Below, one piece after another: positions 49,300 through 59,076 of a stretch of DNA of 64,000 bases. A program made the translations under genes and the position numbers. The notes beneath the pieces were generated by a model that saw nothing but the letters and a program-made list of their open reading frames with translations, ran no database searches and was not told where the DNA came from. This DNA comes from an uncultured Gemmatimonadales bacterium (GTDB lineage: Bacteria > Gemmatimonadota > Gemmatimonadetes > Gemmatimonadales > GWC2-71-9): the NCBI GenBank assembly GCA_963739455.1, contig CAVUAK010000001.1, positions 672,001 through 736,000 of the forward strand. Direction: 5' to 3'. How positions within the stretch are numbered: the stretch's first letter is position 1; every line of letters begins with the position of its first letter.

Positions 49300-49912
49300 A
49301 TGACCGTACCCGTCCCAGCCCCAAGGAAGCGCGACGGCGAGGCGACCCGGCAGAAGCTGCTCCGGGCGGCGCTCGACCTGTATACGACAGTGGGGTTCAG
49401 GGGCACGACGACGCCGGCGATCGCGGCAAGGGCCGGGGTGGCCGAAGGGACGATCTACCGGCACTTCACCAGCAAGGAGCACCTGCTGAATGAGGTGTAC
49501 CGGGGTGCACAGAAGTGGGCGACGGGCGTGATCAAGGAGATCGAGGAGCAGGCCCAGGGAGCGCGGGCCGCCGAGCGACTGCAGCGGGTGGCGCGACGCT
49601 TCTTCGAGGCGGCCGATCGTGATCCCGCCGCGCTCCGGATGCTGCTCTACAGCTCGAGTGAGAAGGGTCTCGACGAGAAGAGCCGCGATGCGTCGCGCGA
49701 GTTTCGCGAAGGGCTGCAGCAGAGTGGTGGCGAGCGGGAAGTCGGACGGCCTGGTGCGCCCCGGTCCGGCCGACCTGTGGGCATCGGCATGGCTCTCACT
49801 GATCGCGTTCGGTGGCGAGAAGGTCGCGAGCAAGGAGTGGCCCGTTGATCATCCGCACCTGCAACTGCTGATCGACTCCGCCTGGGATGCTGTCTCGGCC
49901 AAGCCCGGTTAA
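49300..49912 (+). CDS. TetR/AcrR family regulator (frameshift near 49720)
   Basis: IAARAGVAEGTIYRHFTSKEHL HTH; C-terminus in ORF 49619..49912. Confidence 0.88.
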
Positions 49913-50661
49913 GGTGTTTCGCGCCGCCGACCGGTGAACACCGTCAGGTCCCTCGGGTTCACCAGCGACGTTCGCCACCGCACGATCCGTTCACGGCCCG
50001 GACCCACCGGCCGCACCACCAGGTCCCCATCGAGCTGATACGCCAGCGAATCGTCGCCCCAGCGCACCGGGTCGGTGGCACCTGTTGCGATCGCAGCGGG
50101 AGGTCCATCGTCGGGGAAGACGCACAGCGCACCGCCCTCCTCACACGCTGCAACCCGGGCGAAACGCCGGCGATCCCACGATGACACTCAGGGCGCGAGT
50201 CGGCCGACGCCATTTCGCCGGGTGGCTACCTCGGATGGTGCCGGGGAAGCGGGCGGCGCATTGATCCGGTAGATCGTGCGAGTGGTGCGGACAACCAGGG
50301 CACGTCCGTCGTCCGTCCAGGCGATTGCGATTGGCGCGCCGGAACTATCGGGCATGCGCACCTCGCGCTCGGAACCGTTGAGAAGGTTCAGGAGCCAGAT
50401 GCGGGTGCGCGCGGTGTCGCCCTGCTCGCGGGAGCGGAGGAAGGCGACAACATCACCGGCCGGCGTGAGCCGCGGCGACCACTCGGCGGGGAGCGAGAAG
50501 GTGATCTGTACGAGGTCGGAGCCATCGGGGCTCATGGCCCAGATGTCGCCGCGGCCATCGGGCGCATCGGCGACGAGCAGCACGTAGGGATCGCGTCCGA
50601 CCTCGAACCGGTGCCGCAGCGGCGGCAGACCGGTGCACGCCACGAGCAGCAGCAGGGGCAC
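49909..50661 (-). CDS. Putative lipoprotein with TolB/PD40-like repeats (frameshift near 50185)
   Basis: LLVA-C lipobox; DIWAMSPDGS, EWSPRLTP, IAWTDDG. Start is uncertain. Confidence 0.55.
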
Positions 50662-50678
50662 AGCCGAACAATGCTGCG

Positions 50679-52295
50679 CTACGGCGCACGTTCCACCTTT
50701 GCCTGCAACAGCCACTTGTGCTGCGGGTCGACGACGATCGAAGTCGGTTCCCGCGTCACTGGTACCGTGACCCTGGTAGGCGAAGCGCTCGCATCGACCG
50801 TGACCAGCTTGCCGTCCACCGCGATCTCGAGCTTCGGGATCTGCCGCAGGCCCCACGCCGGCGGCTGAACCTGGGTGATCTCGAGTTCGACCGTGCTGCC
50901 GACGGGACGCCACCGCACGGTAAGCATGGGATATCCGGGCAGCATCAGCGCCTGGGTGAAGAACCAGTCGAGATCCTGGCCGGAAACCTCCTGCATCACC
51001 TGTTCGAAGTCAGACGACAGCGCCGTGCCGTTCCGGTATCGGCTGTAGTAGAGCTGCAGGCCCGCAAAGAAAGCCGAGTCTCCCACCAAACCGCGCAGTT
51101 CGTGCAGGACCCAGGCACCCTTGGGGTAGTTATTGCTGTTCAGCAGCCCCATGAGATCGGTGGCCGTCGTATCGACGATGGGCGTCTCGGTAACGGGGTT
51201 CTTCACGCGGACCCCGTCCTTGCCCTTCTGGTAGAACACCGTCTCGGCGTTGTGCTGCATCTTCGCCTGGAAGACGCTGTCACCGTGCACATGACCGAGC
51301 CAGAGCGCCGCGAGGTAGGTGGCGAACCCTTCCGACAACCAGAGATGATGCCAGTCGTCCTCGGTGACGGCGTCGCCGAACCACTGGTGCGCCGTCTCGT
51401 GCGCGATGATCTCCTCCGCAACATTCCTCGCGGCGTACATCTGCGCGGCATAGAAGATCGCGGTGGCGTTCTCCATGCCACCGAAGCGGGTACTGGTCTC
51501 CACATGGGCCAGGCTCGGGTATGGAAACGGTCCGACGATCTGGCTGAAGTACTCGACGATACCCGGCGCGATGCTGAATGCCTTCGCGGCGTACGCCGAG
51601 TCCTGCGGATAGGACCAGGCGGCCTGGGGGACGCAGGGCAGCGTGCACGAGGCCGGGGTCAGCGGGGTCACCGCCATGTGCGCCGCGCCGAAGACGAAGT
51701 TGGACGGCGGAATCCGCGTGCTGAGCCGGTACTGCCAGGCGGCGCGATTGCGAGCCAGGGTATCGACCTTGATGAGCGTTCCGTTGGCAATGACCTGCAG
51801 GTCGAGGGGGACTTCCACCCGGAAGTTCACCTCCGCCTTGTCGGAGGGGTGATCCTGCACCGGCAGCCAGAGATGGGCGCGGTCGGGCCAGTTGTCGGCG
51901 AAGAACGTCCGATTGCCGCTGGAGTCGATCCTGACGACAAGCCCGTCGCGTGCGGTGCCGTGGTAGCGGATGCGGGTGGTGAGGGTGTCGCCCGCCTTCT
52001 TGTCGTGCGGGATGTAGACGATGTTGTCCTGCCGTCCGTACTGGGTGCGATGGACGCGGGTGTTCTCCCGGCCGTCGATCAGCACGCGCACCACGCGCAT
52101 GGCGGAGTCGAGCGGCACCACCACGGGCGCATCGGATCCCAGCACCCAGACCGTCTCCACTTCGCCGACGAAATGGGCGCCGGTGTCACTCACCGCGATG
52201 AGGATATCGTAGCGGATCGCGTCGTGGGTGGTCTTGACGGTATCGGCGCGTGCGGCGAGCGGACCCTGGAGCGCCAGGAGTAGGGCGAGAATCAT
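50679..52295 (-). CDS. M1 family aminopeptidase
   Basis: GGMEN, HETAHQWFG, WLSEGFATY, YPKG. Confidence 0.93.
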   Translation of the reverse strand: MILALLLALQGPLAARADTVKTTHDAIRYDILIAVSDTGAHFVGEVETVWVLGSDAPVVVPLDSAMRVVRVLIDGRENTRVHRTQYGRQDNIVYIPHDKKAGDTLTTRIRYHGTARDGLVVRIDSSGNRTFFADNWPDRAHLWLPVQDHPSDKAEVNFRVEVPLDLQVIANGTLIKVDTLARNRAAWQYRLSTRIPPSNFVFGAAHMAVTPLTPASCTLPCVPQAAWSYPQDSAYAAKAFSIAPGIVEYFSQIVGPFPYPSLAHVETSTRFGGMENATAIFYAAQMYAARNVAEEIIAHETAHQWFGDAVTEDDWHHLWLSEGFATYLAALWLGHVHGDSVFQAKMQHNAETVFYQKGKDGVRVKNPVTETPIVDTTATDLMGLLNSNNYPKGAWVLHELRGLVGDSAFFAGLQLYYSRYRNGTALSSDFEQVMQEVSGQDLDWFFTQALMLPGYPMLTVRWRPVGSTVELEITQVQPPAWGLRQIPKLEIAVDGKLVTVDASASPTRVTVPVTREPTSIVVDPQHKWLLQAKVERAP

Positions 52296-52723
52296 GAATC
52301 CCTGAGACTGAGCGTGAAGTGATAGGCACCGACGTGCATGCCCTCGCGGAAATAGAAGCGATGGGCCCGGAACCGATGGACCCCGGAATCGAGATCGAAG
52401 GAGTCACAGTCCTTGTCGCGGGCGTACTGGATGAGCCACTGGAGGAGCGTTGACCCATACGCGTGCGAGCGGCTGGCCTCGGCGGTGACGAGGTCATCGA
52501 CGTAGAGGTTCTTGCCGCGGGCCAGGAGGACGTTGATGCGGAACCCCGCCACGGCACGCACCTCACCATCGGCGTCCAGCGCCGCCAGCACGTAGCCCTC
52601 CCGCTGCATGGCTCGCACGAGCCGCACGAATGTGTCGGCCGCCAGGTGGGGCCGTAGCTCGTACATCACCGGGAAACAGCTGGCGATCTGGGCGTCGGTC
52701 TCGGCGATCCAGATGGCAGTCAT
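52292..52723 (-). CDS. GNAT family acetyltransferase
   Basis: LYVDDLVT...RSHAYG, LDSG, AHRFY. Confidence 0.9.
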   Translation of the reverse strand: MTAIWIAETDAQIASCFPVMYELRPHLAADTFVRLVRAMQREGYVLAALDADGEVRAVAGFRINVLLARGKNLYVDDLVTAEASRSHAYGSTLLQWLIQYARDKDCDSFDLDSGVHRFRAHRFYFREGMHVGAYHFTLSLRDS

Positions 52724-52725
52724 CA

Positions 52726-52746
52726 GTCGGCAGTCGGCAGTCGTGA
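52726..52746. repeat. Heptamer repeat GTCGGCA/GTCGTGA x3
   Basis: Intergenic between the Dabb and GNAT genes. Confidence 0.65.
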
Positions 52747-52751
52747 GTAAG

Positions 52752-53063
52752 TCATCGGTCGTCGGTCGATGCCACTTCGAAATCGATGGCTAGACGGGCC
52801 TCCCGAATGGGCAGCAGGTACGTCTTCGCGACGTACACGTGGTGAGGGTGATCGACGTAGCGCTTCACCGCGGCCATGTCATCGACCACCACCAGGAGGG
52901 CGTGGGTGTATTCAGTGCGGCTTTCGGCCTGATTGGGACCGAAGGCGACGCTGTGCACCTCAGGGATCTTGCCCTTCATGCCGAGGAGGGCGGCGCCGGC
53001 GGCCGCAACTTGCTCCGGCGTGGCGGAGGGGGTCCAGCGAAAGAGGACGATGTGGTGGATCAC
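52752..53063 (-). CDS. Dabb (stress-responsive A/B barrel) protein
   Basis: IHHIVLFRW, YTHAL, YVDHPHH, DF. Confidence 0.88.
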   Translation of the reverse strand: MIHHIVLFRWTPSATPEQVAAAGAALLGMKGKIPEVHSVAFGPNQAESRTEYTHALLVVVDDMAAVKRYVDHPHHVYVAKTYLLPIREARLAIDFEVASTDDR

Positions 53064-53070
53064 CTTGGGA

Positions 53071-53112
53071 GTCGGCAGTCGACGGTCGTGAGTCGTGAGT
53101 CGTGAGTCGGAA
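53071..53112. repeat. Heptamer repeat GTCG-NNA-like x6
   Basis: GTCGGCA GTCGACG (GTCGTGA)x3 GTCGGAA. Confidence 0.8.
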
Positions 53113-53146
53113 CGGGGGGAAGTTAGCGCGGTGGCAGGTGGGCGCG

Positions 53147-53170
53147 AAAAAGGCGGGCACCTGGCCCGCC
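53147..53170 (-). terminator. Intrinsic terminator after the small ORF
   Basis: Minus strand GGCGGGC-caggt-GCCCGCC followed by TTTTT. Confidence 0.75.
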
Positions 53171-53176
53171 CGGTTC

Positions 53177-53335
53177 CTAGGTTCTGAGCGGCTTGCGCCG
53201 TGTTCGAGCCCGAAAGGCCTCGTCCGCCTCATGGTCGATGTAGTCAACATCGATGGTCGACGCATGCAGGCCCCACCAGATCAGCCCCACCGCCGCAGCC
53301 GCCGCCATGGCCATTCCCAACGTGGCACCGTCCAT
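53177..53335 (-). CDS. Unannotated 52-aa small membrane protein MDGATLGMAMAAAAAVGLIWWGLHASTIDVDYIDHEADEAFRARTRRKPLRT
   Basis: GGAGG RBS 6 nt upstream, N-terminal TM, own terminator immediately downstream. Confidence 0.7.
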   Translation of the reverse strand: MDGATLGMAMAAAAAVGLIWWGLHASTIDVDYIDHEADEAFRARTRRKPLRT

Positions 53336-53397
53336 TGCATACCTCCCTCAATGGTGTCGGCGTGAGGCGCCGATCGCACGCAACCACCACAAGTTGC

Positions 53398-53413
53398 TGA
53401 AAGAGATATGCCA
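53398..53413 (-). promoter_or_regulatory. Putative sigma54 promoter
   Basis: TGGCAT-ATCTC-TTTCA versus consensus TGGCAC-N5-TTGCW; the -12 element is imperfect. Confidence 0.4.
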
Positions 53414-53530
53414 CAATGAAGGTGATGGTACGGCATCACTTCGCCGCAGTGGTACACGTTTCATCGCCGCACTTGCAGCAATACCGCCATAGCAAGCGCA
53501 CCGCGACATACTGGCGCTGTCGTGACGGCG

Positions 53531-54510
53531 TTACGTGCCGAACAGGCGCCGAAAAAATCCCTTCTCCTCGGCCGCGGCCAGCTCATCCGCAAACGCCTGC
53601 ATCGACTGATACCGCTGATCGGGACTGAGTGCCATGGCGCGGTTGAGCACCACCTCCACCCGCGACGGCAAGTCGGGCCGTACCGAGCGCGCCGCCCGCG
53701 GGCGACCCCTCAACCGGGACATCATCGACTCCTGCGACGTCCTCCCCGCGAACGGCAGCTGCCCGGTGAAGAGCTCGAACGCCACGATGCCGAGCCCGAA
53801 GATGTCGCTCCGCGCGTCAATCTTCTCCCCGCGCACCTGCTCGGGGCTCATGAACTCCGGCGTGCCGAGAATGATGCCGGTCTGGGTAAGGCGCACGAGA
53901 TCGAGGGTCGGGCTGGATGGCCTTTCCCAGCCCGAAATCCATGACGACGGCGCGAATGCCGCCGGGCACCGTCTCATCGGGCACGAGCATGATGTTCTCG
54001 GGCTTGAGGTCGCGGTGGATGACGCCCAGGTCGTGCGCGTGCTGCAGTCCATGGCACACCTGCACCAGCAGCAGCACCGCCTCGCCCACCGGATAGGGAC
54101 CGCGCCGCGTCTCGGAGTCGTTGAGCGACTCACCCCGCAGGTACGGCATGGTGAGGTAGAGCATGCCGTCGGCTGGTCTCACCGACATGGAGGATGCGGC
54201 AGACGTTGGGGTGATCAAACCGCTCGGCCAGCAGTGCCTCGCGCTTGAGGCGCTGCACCGATGCGGGATCGGCGGCGAGGCGCGGCGTCAGGACCTTGAT
54301 GGCGACGTCAGAGTTCGCCACCTGGTCGCGGCCCTGGTACACGCAGGACATGCCGCCCTCGCCCAGCCGGCGCACGACGCGATACCGGTCATCGATGACC
54401 TGGTTCAGGTGAAGCGTGGGAGGAAGGGGTGCGAGCGGATCTTCGATGCGATGGGAGCGAACGTCTCGGCTGGGTCTCGACGTCGGCAAGGGGAGTACCG
54501 TCCCGGGCAC
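53531..54510 (-). CDS. Soluble Ser/Thr protein kinase (frameshifts near 54180 and 53915)
   Basis: LGEGGMS, VAIK, HRDLKPEN, DFG and GTPEFMSPEQ across three ORFs. Start is uncertain. Confidence 0.82.
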
Positions 54511-54564
54511 AGAAGCGGGCCGGCGGTTCGAACAGCAGCTGGCAGCGGGGACAGCGACGGGTGC

Positions 54565-55493
54565 TCACACCGGAGGTCCCGTTCGCTCCCCGGCACCTGC
54601 CTCCGCGATCCGCTCGAGGGTACGGACCGCGGCATCGACAATTTCACGGGCGAACCCGACATCGCGCTGGTCGAGCGGCGCGTCGGCGGTGGTGGTGCGG
54701 AGGAAGAAGACGCCGGCGGGTTCACCGCGCAGCTCGAACCGGATGGCGATGGCGGAGCGAAGCGGCACCGCCAGGCCGTCGGCGCGCCAGGCGTCGCGGA
54801 TGGCCTGGTAGAGCGGATCGGTGGCGACGTCTTCCACGTGCACCACCTCGCCGGTATCGAGCGCGCGTCGGAGTTCCGGATAGCGCGTCAGGTCCACCGC
54901 CAGCGACTGGACCGATGGATCCTCATAGGCGGCAACCACGGTGCCCTCGATGTCACCCGGCCTCGCCAGGATGATGGAGCAGCGGGGAATGCGGAGGCCC
55001 TGTGCCACGCGGCGCACGAGGAGCTGGAAGATCTCGCTGGTGGTGAGGCCGGTGGTGACGTCGGCCATCACGTTGGCGGGGGTGCGCGCCACGCGCTCCA
55101 TCTGCCCATCCTGGGCCTCGTGTCGCGCGCGGAGCTGCGCCTTCACCCGGGCCACCAGTTCATGCACCCGGAACGGCTTGGCGATGAAATCCTGCGGCCC
55201 CGCGCCGAGTGCGGCATAGACATCGGCGTCGGGAGGTCGCGACGAGAGCAGCAGCAGCCCCGGCACCGGTGAGGCGGCAGCGCGGAGCCGGGCGACCTCC
55301 GCGGCAGCTGTCGTCTCCCGCGGCGACGATGTCCACCAGCAGCAGGTCGGCGGGCCCGTCCGCGAGCGCCGCGGCCAGCTCCTCGACGTCGGGCACCGCC
55401 GACCGCATCGTAGCCATGTTCGCGAAGGACGCGGATCAGCGTGCGTCCGAGCGAAAGGTCGGGATCGAGGATGACGAGCCGGGGCGGCGTCAT
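54565..55493 (-). CDS. Response regulator receiver plus GAF domain protein (frameshifts at about 55310-55400)
   Basis: LLLVD and DFIAKPF receiver motifs; GAF segment RCSIIL...YPELRRAL...GVFFLR. Confidence 0.7.
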
Positions 55494-56448
55494 CCTGCGA
55501 TGAATCTCGAGAAGGCGGTGTCGTCCACATTGCCGCCCGATGCGATGACGGCAACGGGACCGGTGGGGCGATAGCGGCCGGCAAGAAGCGCCGCCGACCG
55601 ACGCCGCGCCCGACGGCTCGACCCGAAGCCCGGCCTCGACGTGAAGGTGACGCACGGCGGCACCGATGTCGGCGTCGGTGACCTGCACCGCCTGTGCTAC
55701 CGCATCGCGGAACACCTCGAAGGGCAGCTTGCCGACGCTGGGCGGGATGAGTCCGTCGGCGACGCTGGTGGGTGACTCGAGCGTCACGGGCGCACCTGAC
55801 CGAAGCGCGGCCGCCAGCTTCGCCGCGCCCTCCGGCTCCACCGCGATGAGGTCGACCTCGGACCCGGTGGCCGCAATCGCCGCGGCGGCGCCGGCGATGA
55901 GACCGCCGCCGCCGACCTGCACCAGCAGCGCACGCACCTCCGGCCACTCCTCGAGGATTTCCATGGTGAGGGTGCCCTGCCCCGCGATCACGTCGGCGTG
56001 CTCATAGGGCGGGATCAGCACCAGTCCCTCGCGCTCGGCGATGTCGGCACAGACCCTCACGCGTTCATGTCGCTCCACGAACACGATCTCGGCGCCGTGG
56101 CTCTTCACGCCCGGCCACCTTCACTGCCGGCGAGTCCTTCGGCATGACGATGACCGCGCGCACGCCGAATTTCTTCCCGGCGAAGGCGACGGCCTGGGCG
56201 TGATTGCCGCTGGAATGGGTGACGATGCCGCGCGCCCGCACCTCTGGGTCGAGGCGGGAGATGGCGGTCCAGGCGCCGCGGATCTTGAAGGCGCCGATGG
56301 GCTGGAGGAATTCGGCCTTGAGGCGGACCGGAACGCCGAGTTGTTCGGACAGTGCGACCAGCGGGATCAACGGCGTCCGGACCGCCACCCCGTCGAGCCC
56401 GGCTGCGGCGCGACGGAGGTTCGCGAGGTCGACCAGCGGCGGCCTCAC
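55490..56448 (-). CDS. Threonine/serine dehydratase family PLP enzyme without regulatory domain (frameshifts near 56115 and 55595)
   Basis: LKAEFLQPIGAFKIRGA, SSGNHAQAVA, AGQGT, VGGGGL, VEPSGA, SGGN. Confidence 0.85.
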
Positions 56449-58951
56449 GGCCGCCTCAGGCATCCCCGTCCGCTGGGGCCGCCGCCTCGGTGGCGTCCCC
56501 TTCCTCGGCGGCACCCGTCTTCCTTCACGACGCGCGCGACACCAACCACCGCATCGCCACCATCGAGGTTCATGACCCGCACGCCCTGCGTGTTGCGGCC
56601 GATGACGCGGATGCCGTCCACCGGCACCCGGATGATGATGCCCTGCTTCGTGATCATCATCAGCTCGTCCTCGGGAATCACTTCCTTGAGGGCGACGATG
56701 GGGCCGGTCTTGTCGGTGACCTTGAGGGTGATGATGCCGCGACCGCCGCGCTTCTGCACCCGGTAGTCGATCAGCTCGGAGCGCTTGCCGTAGCCCTTCT
56801 CGCTCACGACGAGCATGGTGCAGTCGCGCCGCACCACGACCATGCCGATGACGCGCATCGCCTTCATCGAGCTCGACGCCCTTCACCCCGGTGGTGGCGC
56901 GGCCCATCTCGCGGACATCGCTGTGATGGAACCGGATGCTCATGCCGCCGCGCGTGGCCAGGACGATGTCGCTGTTCGCGTCGCAGACCTGCACGTCGAT
57001 CAGCTCGTCGCCTTCCTCGATGTTGATGGCGCGGATGCCGTTGGTGCGCACGTTGCCGTACTCGGAGAGCACCGTCTTCTTCACGGTGCCGTTCCGGGTG
57101 GCGAAGAAGAGGTGCTTGTCGTCGGAGAACTCGCGCACCGGCACCAGGGACGCGATGTGCTCGGTCGGCTTGATGGCGATGCAGTTGACCACCGGCTTGC
57201 CGCGCGCCGCGCGCCCCGCCTGCGGGATTTCATGCACCTTGAGCCAGTAGACGTGGCCCTCGTTGCTGAAGAACATCAGGTAGTCGTGCGTGCTGGCGAT
57301 GAAGAGGTGCTCGACCCAGTCGTCGGCCTTCAGGTCGGCGCCGGTGGCGCCGCGGCCGCCGCGCCGCTGCTTGCGGTAGCTGGAGACCGGGATGCGCTTG
57401 ATGTAGCCGGTGTGGGAGATGGTGATGACCATGTCCTCCTCGGCGATCATGTCCTCGACCGTGAACTCGCCCTGGTCGGCGAGGATCTCGGTGCGGCGAT
57501 CGTCGCCGAAGTCCTTGGCGACCTCGCGCATCTCTTCCTTGAGGATGGTCATGCGCCGCTCACGGCTCGCCAGGATGCTCTTCAGCTCCTTGATCGTGGC
57601 GCGCACCTCCCCCAGCTCGGCTTCCAGCTTCTCGATTTCGAGGCCGGTGAGCTTGGCGAGGCGCATGTTGAGGATGGCGTCGGTCTGCTTCTCCGAGAGC
57701 TTGAACCGCGCGCGCAGCTTCTTGTCGGCGTCGGCGGTGTCCGTCGGAGCCCCGGATGATCTTGATCACCTCGTCGATGTTGTCGACGGCGATCTTGAGC
57801 CCCTCGAGGATGTGCTCGCGCGCCTGTGCGGCGTCGAGGTCGAACTGGGTGCGCCGGGTGATCACCTCGTGCCGGTGCGCGATGTACCGGAGGATGATGT
57901 CCTTCAGGTTCATCACCTTCGGCGCGCCGTTGTCGAGCGCGAGCATGATGACGCCGAAGGTGGACTGCATCGAGGTGTGCTTGTAGAGCTGGTTCAGCAC
58001 GACGTTGGGAATCGCGTCGCGCTTGAGCTCGATGACGATCCGCATGCCGTCCTTGTCGGACTCGTCATTGACCCGGAGATGCCCTCGAGCTTCTTCTCCG
58101 CCGCCAGCTCGGCGATGGCCCGCACCAGGTTCTCCTTGTTCACCTGGTAGGGGATTTCCGTCACCACGATCTTCGACTTGCCCGACGTCTCGTGCTCCTC
58201 GATCTGGGCCCGCGCGCGCATGATGACGCGACCGCGGCCGTTCTCGTACGCCTCGGTGATGCCCTGCCGGCCGTAGATGTATCCGCCGGTGGGGAAGTCG
58301 GGACCCGGGAATGACCTTCCGCAGGTCGGCGATGGTGGCGTCGGGGTTGTCCACCAGCAGCTCGACGCCCTTCGCCACTTCACGCAGGTTGTGCGGCGGA
58401 ATGTTCGTCGCCATGCCGACGGCGATGCCGCTGGAGCCGTTGACGAGGAGGTTCGGGATGCGGGACGGGAGGACGGTCGGCTCCTGGAGCCGGTCGTCGT
58501 AGTTCGGCTGGAAGACGACGGTGTTCTTGTCGATGTCGTCGAGCATCGTGACCGCGACGCGCGTCAGGCGCGCCTCGGTGTACCGGTACGCCGCCGCGGG
58601 ATCGCCGTCGACCGAGCCGAAGTTGCCCTGCCCGTCCACCAGCGGATAGCGCAGGGAGAACTCCTGCACCATGCGCACCATCGCGTCGTACACCGAACTG
58701 TCGCCGTGCGGGTGGTACTTGCCGAGCACGTCGCCCACCACCGTCGCGGACTTCTTGTAGCCGCGGCCCGGTACCAGGCCGAGCTCGTTCATCGCGTAGA
58801 GGATGCGCCGGTGCACCGGCTTGAGGCCGTCGCGCACATCGGGCAGTGCGCGCGACACGATGACGCTCATCGAGTAGTTGATGAACGACTGCTGCATTTC
58901 CTCTTCGATGAGGCGCGGAACGATCCGTTCGCGACTGTTCGGTGCGGTCAT
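56445..58951 (-). CDS. gyrA: DNA gyrase subunit A (about 5 frameshifts)
   Basis: [40 protein letters not shown], GyrA-box QRRGGRG. Confidence 0.95.
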
Positions 58952-59076
58952 GAGCGTCCAGGGTCGGGTGGGTCAGCGGCCGTTTGGGGGCGGCCGGAAC
59001 AGGCCCGAAAGATACCCGGGACGCCAGCGTTGCGGCAAGCGAAAAGTGAGCTCCTAAACGCTTGGGAGACAGGTGC

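Noticed and set aside
53281..53340. Trp-rich 19-aa ORF MQWTVPRWEWPWRRLRRWG (minus strand) as a trp leader
   Set aside because: Its ATG is only 1 nt from the SD, the overlapping 52-aa ORF has proper spacing, and no trp genes follow.
56445..58951. gyrA and other split genes as pseudogenes or programmed frameshifts
   Set aside because: Essential gene with intact motifs and no consistent slippery sites; sequencing error is more parsimonious.
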